In this document: in pieces, positions 19,008 through 28,051 of the stretch | Position numbering within the stretch: the first letter of the stretch is position 1 | Layout: every line of letters starts with the position of its first letter | Source of the DNA: an uncultured Gammaproteobacteria bacterium | Lineage (GTDB): Bacteria > Patescibacteriota > Patescibacteriia > UBA11705 > JABHMO01 | DNA length: 64,000 nucleotides | Assembly (NCBI GenBank): GCA_964590105.1 | Contig: CAZPYM010000001.1 | Span: 160,395 to 224,394, forward strand | Direction: 5' to 3' | Program-made: the position numbers and the translations under genes | Notes under the pieces: model-generated | The model's database searches: none | What the model saw: the letters and a program-made list of their open reading frames with translations, nothing else | What the model was told of the DNA's origin: nothing

Positions 19008-19799
19008 ATGATTATTCAGGTAAAAAATTTAACAAAAAAATTCAAAGATTTTGTGGCTGTTGATAATATTAGCTTTGAGATCAAGGAAGGTGAAATTTTT
19101 GCCTTTCTTGGTCCGAATGGCGCAGGAAAAAGCACAACCATTAAAATGCTAACCACGCTTCTTCGGCCAACTGCGGGCGAAATTTTATTAAATGGCATTG
19201 ATCCTGTTAAAGATGCCAATAAGGCGCGTCACAGTTTTGGCATTGTTTTTCAGGATCCCAGTCTGGATGATGAGCTGACCGCTTTTGAAAATATGGAATT
19301 TCACGGCGTGCTCTATGACGTGCCGAAAAAAATTAGACGACAAAGGATTGAACAGCTTTTAAAAATCGTTGAACTATGGGAAAGAAGAAAAGAACAAGTG
19401 AAAAAATTTTCCGGGGGCATGAGAAGAAGACTGGAGATTGCGAGAGGCCTACTGCATCATCCCAAAATTTTATTTCTTGACGAACCAACGCTCGGGCTTG
19501 ATCCGCAAACCAGAAATCATATTTGGTCGCATATAAAAGATTTAAATAAAAGCGAAGGCATTACAGTCTTCTTCACAACTCATTATATGGAGGAAGCTGA
19601 TCGCGCGGCTACGAAAATAGCCATTATTGATCATGGTCAGATCATTGCCATGGGAACTTCGGCAGAACTCCAGAAAAAAGCTGGCCAGGATTCGTTGGAA
19701 GACGCTTTTATTGAATTAACCGGGCATGTTATAAGAGACGAAGAAGCTTCCGGCATTGACCAAATGCGCCTTCATCGTCAGATTAGGTCGCGGCATTAA
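19008..19799 (+). CDS. ABC-2 exporter ATP-binding protein (DrrA-like)
   Basis: GPNGAGKS, FSGGM and LFLDEPT motifs. Confidence 0.95.
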   Translation: MIIQVKNLTKKFKDFVAVDNISFEIKEGEIFAFLGPNGAGKSTTIKMLTTLLRPTAGEILLNGIDPVKDANKARHSFGIVFQDPSLDDELTAFENMEFHGVLYDVPKKIRRQRIEQLLKIVELWERRKEQVKKFSGGMRRRLEIARGLLHHPKILFLDEPTLGLDPQTRNHIWSHIKDLNKSEGITVFFTTHYMEEADRAATKIAIIDHGQIIAMGTSAELQKKAGQDSLEDAFIELTGHVIRDEEASGIDQMRLHRQIRSRH

Positions 19800-19813
19800 C
19801 AAAATAAAAAAAT

Positions 19814-20557
19814 ATGGGCGTTATTTACATTCTTTGGCTTCGCCAATTAAAACGGTATATTCGTTCAAAGGCCAGAATTGTCGGCTCAATCGGCCAGCCG
19901 CTTTTATTTTTAGTGGCTTTGGGTTTTGGTTTCGGCCCGGTATTTGCAAAAGCGGGAGAGGGCAGTTATATTACTTTTCTGGCGCCCGGCATTATTGCCA
20001 TGAGTATTTTATTTACTTCTGTTTTTACCGGCATAGAAATTATCTGGGATAAGCAATTTGGTTTTTTAAAAGAAACCTTAGTCGCTCCGGTTTCTCGATT
20101 AAAAATAATGATTGGCCGCACTCTCGGCGGGGCAACGGTTGCCATTATTCAGGGATTCATAGTTTTAATTGTTACAGTGCCGCTTGGTTTTCGACCGAAT
20201 GTCGCTGCTCTGCCGCTGGCATTCATTTTCATGTTATTGATTTCACTTTTTTTTACGGCTTTCGGCACTGCCATTGCTTCGCTTCTCAGCGATATGCAGG
20301 GTTTTCAACTGATAATGAATTTTGTTATTATGCCGATTTTCTTTTTGTCGGGTGCGTTATTTCCGACTGACGGATTACCGCCGGCTTTACAAATAGTATT
20401 GAAAGCAAATCCCTTGTATTACGGCATTGACGGAATGCGCGACGCTTTTATGGGGCTGGTAAATTCAGGCATGGGACTTGATTTTATGGTTCTGGGAATT
20501 ATTACAATGATTTTTTTGATAATCGGCAGTTATTTGTTTTCAAAAATACAGATTTAA
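19814..20557 (+). CDS. ABC-2 type permease
   Basis: Six TM segments; GFLKETLVAP and FLSGALFP motifs. Confidence 0.93.
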   Translation: MGVIYILWLRQLKRYIRSKARIVGSIGQPLLFLVALGFGFGPVFAKAGEGSYITFLAPGIIAMSILFTSVFTGIEIIWDKQFGFLKETLVAPVSRLKIMIGRTLGGATVAIIQGFIVLIVTVPLGFRPNVAALPLAFIFMLLISLFFTAFGTAIASLLSDMQGFQLIMNFVIMPIFFLSGALFPTDGLPPALQIVLKANPLYYGIDGMRDAFMGLVNSGMGLDFMVLGIITMIFLIIGSYLFSKIQI

Positions 20558-20578
20558 TTTTATTATCGACCGCCTGAT

Positions 20579-21403
20579 ATGCCTGGTTTTGTAAAAATAG
20601 CCTGGTACGGCAAACATTTTGGCGAAGAGCCGCCGCTCATTGGCAATGAATCGCAAGGAGCGGCGTGTATTTTTTTTAGCGGTTGCAATTTGCATTGCGT
20701 ATATTGTCAAAATTATCAGATCTCGCAACAAAACCTTGGGAAAAAATATTCAGTTGAAGCGTTAGCGGAAATAATGCTTCAGTTGCAAAAAGAAAATTCT
20801 GTTTGTATTGACCTTGTAACTCCAACGATTTGGTGGCCGGCAATTAAAAAGGCGATTATGATTGCCAAGAAAAAAGGTTTGACAATCCCTATCGTTTGGA
20901 ATTCAAATGCGTATGAGCCTGTTCAAATGTTGAAAGAGCTTGAAGAACTGGTGGATATTTACTTACCGGATTTTAAATACGGAGACAATCAATTGGCGGA
21001 AAAATATTCAGGCATAAAAAATTATGTTGAAACAGCTGAGGCCGCAATTCAGGAAATGCTCCGACAAGTCGGACTTTTGGAAACTAATGAATGCGGGCTG
21101 GCCGGTCGCGGTTTAATTGTCAGGCATTTGGTTTTGCCGGCAAACATTGAAAACAGCGAAAAAGTTTTTCAAATTATTTCTTCCATAAATTCCAACGTCC
21201 ACGTCAGTTTAATGTTTCAATACTTTCCGGCTTGGCGGGCGAAGGCGTTTCGCGAGATCAACAGACCTTTAACTTCAGAAGAATGTTCAATCGCCAGCGA
21301 CTTTTTGTCAAATGCCGGATTAAACAATGGCTGGACGCAGGAACAGGGGAGCAGTGAATTACTGATTCCTGATTTTCGGCTGGAGAATCCATTCGAAAAA
21401 TAA
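20579..21403 (+). CDS. Radical SAM protein (PflX-like)
   Basis: HFGEEPP, CNLHCVYCQN, YLPDFKY and VRHLVLP motifs. Confidence 0.9.
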   Translation: MPGFVKIAWYGKHFGEEPPLIGNESQGAACIFFSGCNLHCVYCQNYQISQQNLGKKYSVEALAEIMLQLQKENSVCIDLVTPTIWWPAIKKAIMIAKKKGLTIPIVWNSNAYEPVQMLKELEELVDIYLPDFKYGDNQLAEKYSGIKNYVETAEAAIQEMLRQVGLLETNECGLAGRGLIVRHLVLPANIENSEKVFQIISSINSNVHVSLMFQYFPAWRAKAFREINRPLTSEECSIASDFLSNAGLNNGWTQEQGSSELLIPDFRLENPFEK

Positions 21404-21446
21404 GATTCTTTGATTTTTTTGAGTAAATTCGCTATACTGTTATAGT

Positions 21447-22139
21447 ATGGTTAAAAAATACAAAAACGTTTTGATTACCGGCGACCTGCATCTGGGCGAC
21501 GTTGGTTTTCATGATGAGGAAAAATTGGTTGATGAAATAAAAAACCGGCGACCTGAGCTCGTAGTTTTTGGCGGCGACACGTTTGATCCGTGGCGCGGGA
21601 ATTCAGTTGAAGAATTAATCGCCAGATATAATAAGTTGTTTTCATTTCTAAAAAACATTAGCGGCCGGGTGGTGTTTTTGCGCGGCAATCATGATCCGGA
21701 TATTGACCCTTTGCGCCGGATTGGCTTTAGCGTGCGCAAAACTTTCAAATATATTTCCGCGACCAATAAAAGAGTGAAAATTATCCATGGCCATGAGTTT
21801 GATACGGATTGTCGTCGGTTTGAGTTTTTAACCAGAAAATTTGTTTATCTGGAAGAAAAAATCAACCGCTTGCTTCTCACTTTTGGCAATGAAAAATTAT
21901 TCCGGGCGATCAGCCTACTCGGAAATCTTGATTTAATTCGCATCCTGAATAATTTTCAAAAACGCATAAAGTATTATCGCAGCACAGACATTCTTGTTTT
22001 CGGCCACACGCACGTGCCGCTTGTCGGCGCGAAAAGCAAGTTGGAGTTTTACAACTGGGGCGGCTGGCAAAATGATTTGGGCATTAGGCCGGGGATTATT
22101 GTTAATAAAGGAGGTAGTGTGAATTTGGTGCAAGTGTGA
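21447..22139 (+). CDS. Calcineurin-like metallophosphoesterase (LpxH-like)
   Basis: DLHLG, GDTFD, GNHD, HGH and GHTH motifs. Confidence 0.9.
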   Translation: MVKKYKNVLITGDLHLGDVGFHDEEKLVDEIKNRRPELVVFGGDTFDPWRGNSVEELIARYNKLFSFLKNISGRVVFLRGNHDPDIDPLRRIGFSVRKTFKYISATNKRVKIIHGHEFDTDCRRFEFLTRKFVYLEEKINRLLLTFGNEKLFRAISLLGNLDLIRILNNFQKRIKYYRSTDILVFGHTHVPLVGAKSKLEFYNWGGWQNDLGIRPGIIVNKGGSVNLVQV

Positions 22140-22144
22140 GGGGC

Positions 22145-22663
22145 GTCTTGAACTATGATTTATGTGATTAAATGAATACTATGATTTAAGGAAAAATAAT
22201 GATTTAAGAAAAAACAATGATTGAAGAGAATAATATTATTGACGAAAAATACAAATATTCGGAATTGACTGCCAAGATAATCGGAGCGGCCATGGAAGTT
22301 CACGGGATTTTGGGCAATGGTTTTCAAGAAGTAATATATCAGCGGGCATTGGCAATTGAATTGCAAAGCCGAGGGCTGTCCTTTGTGAGAGAACAAGAAA
22401 TGCAAATTGAATACAAAGGGCATGATATCGGAACAAGAAGAGTTGATTTTTTTGTTGAAGACAAGGTAATGGTTGAAATTAAAGCAGTGATTCAACTTGA
22501 AGATGTGCATCTGGCGCAAGCCATTAATTATTTGGAAACTTATGACTTGGAAATCGGTTTGCTGATGAATTTCGGCTCAAAAAGTTTAGGATTTAAAAGG
22601 CTGATGAGAAAGTTACGAAAATCATAGTCCATCAAATAATCATAATTAATCATAGTTCAAGAC
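22145..22663. repeat. 16-bp perfect inverted repeats with ATGATT/AATCAT sub-repeats bracketing the GxxExxY gene
   Basis: GTCTTGAACTATGATT at 22145-22160 and AATCATAGTTCAAGAC at 22648-22663. Confidence 0.8.
22217..22627 (+). CDS. GxxExxY protein (PD-(D/E)XK-like)
   Basis: LGNGFQEVIYQ, RVDFFVE..VMVEIKA and GLLMNFG motifs. Confidence 0.93.
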   Translation: MIEENNIIDEKYKYSELTAKIIGAAMEVHGILGNGFQEVIYQRALAIELQSRGLSFVREQEMQIEYKGHDIGTRRVDFFVEDKVMVEIKAVIQLEDVHLAQAINYLETYDLEIGLLMNFGSKSLGFKRLMRKLRKS

Positions 22664-22716
22664 AATATTATCATGAGCAAATACTACACGGCTAAAAGCG
22701 TGGGAAATAGTAAAAT

Positions 22717-23229
22717 ATGGAAAACAAGTGCAAAAAAAATAATTTAGCCTTCATCGATGGGCAGAATTTGTATTTGGGCACCGGTTCGGAAGAACCGGCA
22801 TGGAAGGTTGATTTGATAAAGTTTCGAGAATATTTATTTCGTAAATATCACGTGCAAAAAGCATACTATTTTTTAGGTTTTGTTGACGAAAAGTATCAGA
22901 ATTTATATGAAGAAATTCAAAATGCGGGTTTTATTTTGATTTTTCGTCAGCACAATTCCGCAATGCTCGGCAAGAAAAAAGGAAATGTTGATTCTGATAT
23001 TATATTTTCAATAATGAAAAAAATGTATAAAAAGGAGCTGTTTGATAAAATAGTTTTGGTTTCCGGAGATGGAGATTATAAAGCGTTAGTTGATTTTTTA
23101 ATTGAGGAAAAAAGGCTGGAAAAGGTTTTGTTTCCAAATAAAAAGTTTGCTTCTTCGTTGTACAAAAAAATAACCAGAGTTTACTATGATTATTTGTTAA
23201 ATATAAAACACCGAATTAAATTTAAATAA
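22717..23229 (+). CDS. NYN domain (LabA/PIN-like) putative ribonuclease
   Basis: FIDGQNL, KGNVDSD and VSGDGDY motifs. Confidence 0.92.
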   Translation: MENKCKKNNLAFIDGQNLYLGTGSEEPAWKVDLIKFREYLFRKYHVQKAYYFLGFVDEKYQNLYEEIQNAGFILIFRQHNSAMLGKKKGNVDSDIIFSIMKKMYKKELFDKIVLVSGDGDYKALVDFLIEEKRLEKVLFPNKKFASSLYKKITRVYYDYLLNIKHRIKFK

Positions 23230-23311
23230 AAAAGGGGGCCTTTGATCTTTCGATCGCCGGGACCCTTTTGTCTTGATGTCTATATTATACATTAACTATA
23301 TCAAATGTCAA
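23225..23311 (-). ncRNA. Putative small RNA from an antisense promoter, convergent on the NYN gene
   Basis: Minus-strand TTGACA (23311-23306)-N16-TATAAT (23289-23284), followed by a nested hairpin (GATC-GAAA-GATC inside AAAAGGG...CCCTTTT) and a U-run; no long ORF follows. Confidence 0.45.
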
Positions 23312-23362
23312 CAAAACAATATAGTTTAATATAATTTTACCAAAAATAACTGTGGATAATTT

Positions 23363-24115
23363 ATGTCAAAATATTACACCGCCAAAAGATCAAAAAATTA
23401 TTTTGATCCAAAATCAAAAGCACCATTCAAACTTTCGCGTTCAAAAATAGATTTATTTATTGATTGCCCTCGTTGTTTTTATCTTGATCGCAAATTGGGC
23501 GTTGGCCGGCCGCCGGGTTATCCTTTTACTTTGAATTCCGCGGTTGATCATTTACTGAAAAAAGAATTTGATATTCACCGCGCCCGCGGCAAAGCGCATC
23601 CGCTGATGGAAGCGTATGGAGTGAAGGCGATTCCCTTTGCGCACAGTGATTTGGATAAATGGCGGGAAAATTTTATCGGCGTGCAGTTTCATCACGAGCC
23701 GACTAATTTTATTATTACCGGCGCGGTTGATGATATTTGGATTAATGAAAAAGGCGAGTTAATTGTGGTTGATTACAAAGCCACGGCCAAAGACGGCAAG
23801 ATTGACGCCCTGGATCAGGATTGGCACGACGGCTACAAACGGCAAATGGAAGTTTACCAGTGGCTCCTGCGGCAGAACGGATTTCCGGTTTCCAGCACTG
23901 GCTATTTTGTCTACGCTAATGGGAAAAAAGATGTTAAAGCGTTTGACGCCAAATTGGAATTCGAAGTAACCTTGATTGCTTATAAAGGCTCTGATAATTG
24001 GGTCGTGCCCGCGATTACTGCTGCGTACAAATGTTTGTCCTCGAAAACTTTGCCCAAGGCTGATTCTGACTGCGACTTTTGCAATTATTTTGCCGAGCGC
24101 AGACAGCTAGATTAG
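23363..24115 (+). CDS. PD-(D/E)XK nuclease family protein (Cas4/RecB-like, Cys cluster)
   Basis: LSRSKID...CPRCF, GAVDD, VVDYKAT, QMEVY and C-terminal CDFC motifs. Confidence 0.9.
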   Translation: MSKYYTAKRSKNYFDPKSKAPFKLSRSKIDLFIDCPRCFYLDRKLGVGRPPGYPFTLNSAVDHLLKKEFDIHRARGKAHPLMEAYGVKAIPFAHSDLDKWRENFIGVQFHHEPTNFIITGAVDDIWINEKGELIVVDYKATAKDGKIDALDQDWHDGYKRQMEVYQWLLRQNGFPVSSTGYFVYANGKKDVKAFDAKLEFEVTLIAYKGSDNWVVPAITAAYKCLSSKTLPKADSDCDFCNYFAERRQLD

Positions 24116-24395
24116 GAAAATAAAATGATTTTATTTTAGAAAGTTTATTGGCTTGGACTTTTTATTTGTTTTTAAATTTTTGATTTATGCAATTATACTT
24201 TGCATTCCACGGGGTCCGGGGTGAAGTTCGCCCATGCCTTTCCCGCGAACAGTAATTGCGCCCACGCGAATTCGGAACCCCGGCGCTTTTTGCTACTTTT
24301 TGGCGCCAAAAAGTAGAATCATTGGCAGTTGTTTTTTAGCGATGATAAATTTAAAAATAAAAAACCCTCTGCTGTGCTAAGCAGGGGTTTTGCGT

Positions 24396-25940
24396 TTAGT
24401 CCGTTTCAGGTCGGACAATTCTTCTGATTGCCTTCATCCGGATTGCTTTGTCTTCATAGCGTTCAAATCCGTAGGCCCAGAGCAACTCCTCCGGAATATC
24501 GTAATTATCATTTACGTGATGCAGCAAGCGGAGTTCAGCCGCAATAGTCAGATCAAGAACAGGAAGCTTGCGAATGTATAACCGGATTTCACCACAGCTG
24601 ACGCAGTTCAATAGTCCGGCAGGCAGTGAATTTGCGTCAATGTTTTTTGCGCGGCACACGAGCGCCGCATAGATCTGCAGGACTTGGCGATCCATGTTTG
24701 CCCACAGGATTTGTTTGCCACGAAAAGCAAGTCCGAATCGCCGACCTTCGAGCTCAACTATTTTGACGGGTTGTCCGGGCAAAAGCTTCGCAAGCAGTTT
24801 GCGCCGCGACAATATGACGAGAAGAGCTTCGTTTTGCTTGCGCAGCTGGTTTCCATAGCTGATGACATAATACCTACAGTAGGCAAACGCGTATTTTTCA
24901 ATTTGCTTGTCGCTCATTTTTTTCCAGTGAGTGTCGCCGTTCGTTGTCAGCGGCAGAGCAAACGTTTCATCGCCAAGCGTTTCCTGGCGTTCTTTGGGCA
25001 GTCCGAATAGCGTATAGTGCAGTGCGCGTCGGAGCAGGCATTTGTACAAGCCCTTGTCAGTTTTTTTCCTTTTGGACATTTGTGCCGGAGTGGCGATATT
25101 GAATTCCAGGCGATACGCCCGCGCATAGGCCAGAACCTTGTCATTGGTCAGTTGTCTCCAACTGATCTTTTCTCTATTCCTTGGCATTCGGAATTCAATG
25201 CCGGCCAGAACAATTGTCAGTGGCGGCAGAACTTCATCAATTTTTTTCCTTTCATGCAGTTTTGTGTACAGTGAATGATATTTTCTCTTCAACTGAGACC
25301 TGGAAACAATGCCGTGTTCAGCGAGATAATCAAGAGCAAAACTTACGAGCTTTTTGTTGTCAATTAGTTCCCAGTTTACCATACTGTTTTTGTGTACGGG
25401 AATAATGTGCGTTGTTCCATTCAGTTCGAGGGTTTTTGTCGCAGAGCGGGGAAATACGTCTGCGATCCAGACTTTTTGCCGTAGTCTGCGGTACAATCCC
25501 TGGTGTCTGCGCGGGCCGTTACAAAGCGCGGCCGAGCCGGTAATGCCGAATTCAAGACAATACGCTTTGGCATAAGCAATGGTTTGTCTTTTGCTCATTT
25601 TTGACCAAGCGATGCGGCCGGCCACATTGAGCGGAATTCTGTATGTCTTGCCGGCCAGCGGTTCAGACCTGGTTTTCGGTCGGTCAAAGACAATTGCGGT
25701 TAGCTTCCCTCGCTGAAGAACTGTTGCCATTCCCGGATTTTTATGCGGGCCTGTTTCCAGTTCTCTAAAAGTCCTAATGCCGTATTCTTTCCGGTATGCT
25801 TTGGCGTATTTGATTTTTTGTTTTTTGCTCATTGTTTTCCAGTTGATTCTTGTCTTGCTTAGCATCCGGATTTTGAATTCAGTTTTGTCAAGCGTTATAT
25901 GGCCATATAGCCGTCCGTTTTCAACGGTGAATTTTTCCAT
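24396..25940 (-). CDS. Basic tandem-repeat protein (about six repeats of ~75 aa)
   Basis: Recurring W..MS..Q...YA.AY....GI.....L......GLY..L.RR units. Confidence 0.8.
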   Translation of the reverse strand: MEKFTVENGRLYGHITLDKTEFKIRMLSKTRINWKTMSKKQKIKYAKAYRKEYGIRTFRELETGPHKNPGMATVLQRGKLTAIVFDRPKTRSEPLAGKTYRIPLNVAGRIAWSKMSKRQTIAYAKAYCLEFGITGSAALCNGPRRHQGLYRRLRQKVWIADVFPRSATKTLELNGTTHIIPVHKNSMVNWELIDNKKLVSFALDYLAEHGIVSRSQLKRKYHSLYTKLHERKKIDEVLPPLTIVLAGIEFRMPRNREKISWRQLTNDKVLAYARAYRLEFNIATPAQMSKRKKTDKGLYKCLLRRALHYTLFGLPKERQETLGDETFALPLTTNGDTHWKKMSDKQIEKYAFAYCRYYVISYGNQLRKQNEALLVILSRRKLLAKLLPGQPVKIVELEGRRFGLAFRGKQILWANMDRQVLQIYAALVCRAKNIDANSLPAGLLNCVSCGEIRLYIRKLPVLDLTIAAELRLLHHVNDNYDIPEELLWAYGFERYEDKAIRMKAIRRIVRPETD

Positions 25941-26075
25941 GGGCGCCTCCTTTTGTTAAATGTAAAAGTACAATAGTTAAATGTTAAGCTGATTTAGTGT
26001 TTGTGTCAATGGAAAATTGTCGACTTGACCCGGATGTGATAAGATTATAGTGATAAATAATTAATTCTTATTTTT

Positions 26076-26333
26076 ATGAAAAAATCTTTTACTTCTGAAG
26101 AAGCTGCTGCGGTGGCACAGAAAATCGGTCTGGATTTTTCCAAAGTGGAATATGATCTGGAACAATTTCGCATGGGCATGGATATTGAACTTGAACACGG
26201 ATTGATTGACTCTGAAACAAATGTTACCAATGACGATCCTTTCGCGACCGGCAAAATCGCTTGGGCGCATTTAAAAGAAATTTTTGATTATTATGATCGT
26301 TTGGAAAAAATGGAAAAAGAAGCGGGGAGCTAG
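26076..26333 (+). CDS. DUF5661 family protein
   Basis: QFRMGMDIELEHG...KIAWAHLKE..DYYDRL. Confidence 0.85.
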   Translation: MKKSFTSEEAAAVAQKIGLDFSKVEYDLEQFRMGMDIELEHGLIDSETNVTNDDPFATGKIAWAHLKEIFDYYDRLEKMEKEAGS

Positions 26334-26400
26334 AGGAGAAGGGCGGATTGGTGGATTAGTGAATTAGCGATTAGTGAAATAAAATACAAATTAAGAGAAT

Positions 26401-27363
26401 ATGCGGATTAGAAGCAAAGAAAAAAGAGGTGTAATCTCTTCAAAAAAATTTGATCAGATACCGGCTGAAGCCGAGCGCGAGATGACCCAAGTTTTTGATT
26501 CGCCCGGAAAAATTTTGATTAAGGTTCATTTTGGCGAGCCGGGCAATAAAGCGGCTTTAGTTCCGGCTGATGTCGCTTTTATAATTGATTGGCTAAAGGC
26601 ACGAGGACTTGAACCGATTTTTATTGATAGCCCGGTTGCTTACAATTCGCCGCGCAATTCGGTTAAAGGATATGAACAAGTGGCGAAAGATCGCGGTTAT
26701 GCCAAGTTGGCGCCGATTATTATTTCTAATGATTACGTTGACGTGAAGGCCAAGAATTTTACTGTGCAGGTAATAAAAGAATTGGCCAAGGCGGAAAACG
26801 TTTTAGTGATCTCTCATGTTAAGGGACATTATTGTTCCGGCTTTGGCGGCGCCATTAAAAATTTGGCCATGGGCGGCGTGACAAAAAAAACCAAAGGAGA
26901 AGAACATACTTTCGGTAAACCGAAATGGGTCGGCGAGTGCGATGGCTGTGGTCTGTGCGTCAAACAATGTCCGTCCAAGGCAATAAAAATGGTTGAAGGA
27001 AAAGCGAAAATTTTGCTTGACGATTGCTGGGGCTGTTCAATCTGTGAAGTGAACTGTCCGAGTCTCGCGCCGCAAGTCGCACTGTTTGACGATTTGCTTG
27101 GGCAGGCGGCGGCCGCGGTGATCAGCAAATTGCCGCTAAAAACTTATTATATAAATATCTTGAAAAATATTTCCAAATTGTGCGACTGCGAATCAGACTG
27201 CGGCGAAATCATTGCGCCGGACGCGGGCGTTTTATTTTCAATGGATCCGGTCGCCATTGACCGGGCGAGCTTGGAAAAAATTGGCAAGCAGATCTTCATG
27301 GACGCCAATTACAAAGATCCGGCATCGCAGATTGATTCTGCTGAAAAATATATTTGCAAATAA
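26401..27363 (+). CDS. DUF362 domain iron-sulfur protein with ferredoxin domain
   Basis: IKVHFGEPG, SHVKGH and GGAIKNL motifs, plus two CxxCxxCxxxCP motifs. Confidence 0.9.
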   Translation: MRIRSKEKRGVISSKKFDQIPAEAEREMTQVFDSPGKILIKVHFGEPGNKAALVPADVAFIIDWLKARGLEPIFIDSPVAYNSPRNSVKGYEQVAKDRGYAKLAPIIISNDYVDVKAKNFTVQVIKELAKAENVLVISHVKGHYCSGFGGAIKNLAMGGVTKKTKGEEHTFGKPKWVGECDGCGLCVKQCPSKAIKMVEGKAKILLDDCWGCSICEVNCPSLAPQVALFDDLLGQAAAAVISKLPLKTYYINILKNISKLCDCESDCGEIIAPDAGVLFSMDPVAIDRASLEKIGKQIFMDANYKDPASQIDSAEKYICK

Positions 27364-27458
27364 TTCAAATAAGTAACGCTTCCTTTAGGGTGCGAAACAG
27401 CGGGCTGAAATAATCAGCCGGAAGCGCGCGCTGAAGCGCAAGGTAATTTAAAAATTTT

Positions 27459-27764
27459 ATGAAAATTAAAAAACAAATTTTGCACGGATTTCTGCTGGCG
27501 CTCGGCGTTTTAGTTTATGTAGCGCTGGTGTCCTTTATCATGCACAGTGGCGAAAAGGCATTTGGCAATGACAATCAAATTTTTACTGTCGTCGCAATGT
27601 TGATGCTCCTGGTTTTGTCGGCGGCGATTGTCGGCAGTCTGATTTTTGGCCTGCCTATTTACTATATTTTTGACAAACAGATCCGGCCGGCTCTTCATCA
27701 ATTGCTCATAAATCTCGGCTGGCTGGCGGTTTTAACGACGGTCGTGTTGCTTTTGATGATTTAG
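27459..27764 (+). CDS. Small membrane protein
   Basis: Three TM segments. Confidence 0.75.
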   Translation: MKIKKQILHGFLLALGVLVYVALVSFIMHSGEKAFGNDNQIFTVVAMLMLLVLSAAIVGSLIFGLPIYYIFDKQIRPALHQLLINLGWLAVLTTVVLLLMI

Positions 27765-27850
27765 AGTTATCCACAAGAGAAATTTTTACTTGATATTTTT
27801 TAATTTTGCTTTATACTGGCGATATAGAATAGCGTTGAAAATTAATAACA

Positions 27851-28011
27851 ATGCAACCACCGGCGCCGGGCAGAATTTTTGGCGCAGGAATCAACATGAA
27901 AAACATTAGCTTATTCGGAGGAGAAATTTTGCCTCCCCATGGAAGACATTTAGGAAGTTTGAAAGATCAATCTTGGTCAAAATAGCGGCTTGGAATTAAG
28001 CGCTTTTTTTA
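27851..28011 (+). promoter_or_regulatory. Candidate 44-aa leader ORF plus terminator (attenuator) ahead of the PP-loop/ATP-grasp operon
   Basis: ORF 27851-27985 MQPPAPGRIF...LPPHGRH...WSK*; its stop overlaps the AGCGGCTT...AAGCGCT hairpin, which is followed by a T-run. Confidence 0.45.
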
Positions 28012-28051
28012 TTGCTGTTTAGCGATCTGGCTTCGAGGGCGTTTATCAAAT

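Noticed and set aside
23363-24115. Cas4-like nuclease as evidence of a CRISPR-Cas locus
   Set aside because: It is a solo gene with no array or other cas genes nearby.
27374-27445. GC-rich palindromic stretch after the DUF362 gene as an ncRNA
   Set aside because: It is a single short hairpin cluster with no recognisable family or second copy in the window.
23351-27775. Perfect DnaA boxes (23351-23359, 27767-27775) as oriC
   Set aside because: They are isolated single boxes with no cluster and no dnaA/dnaN context.
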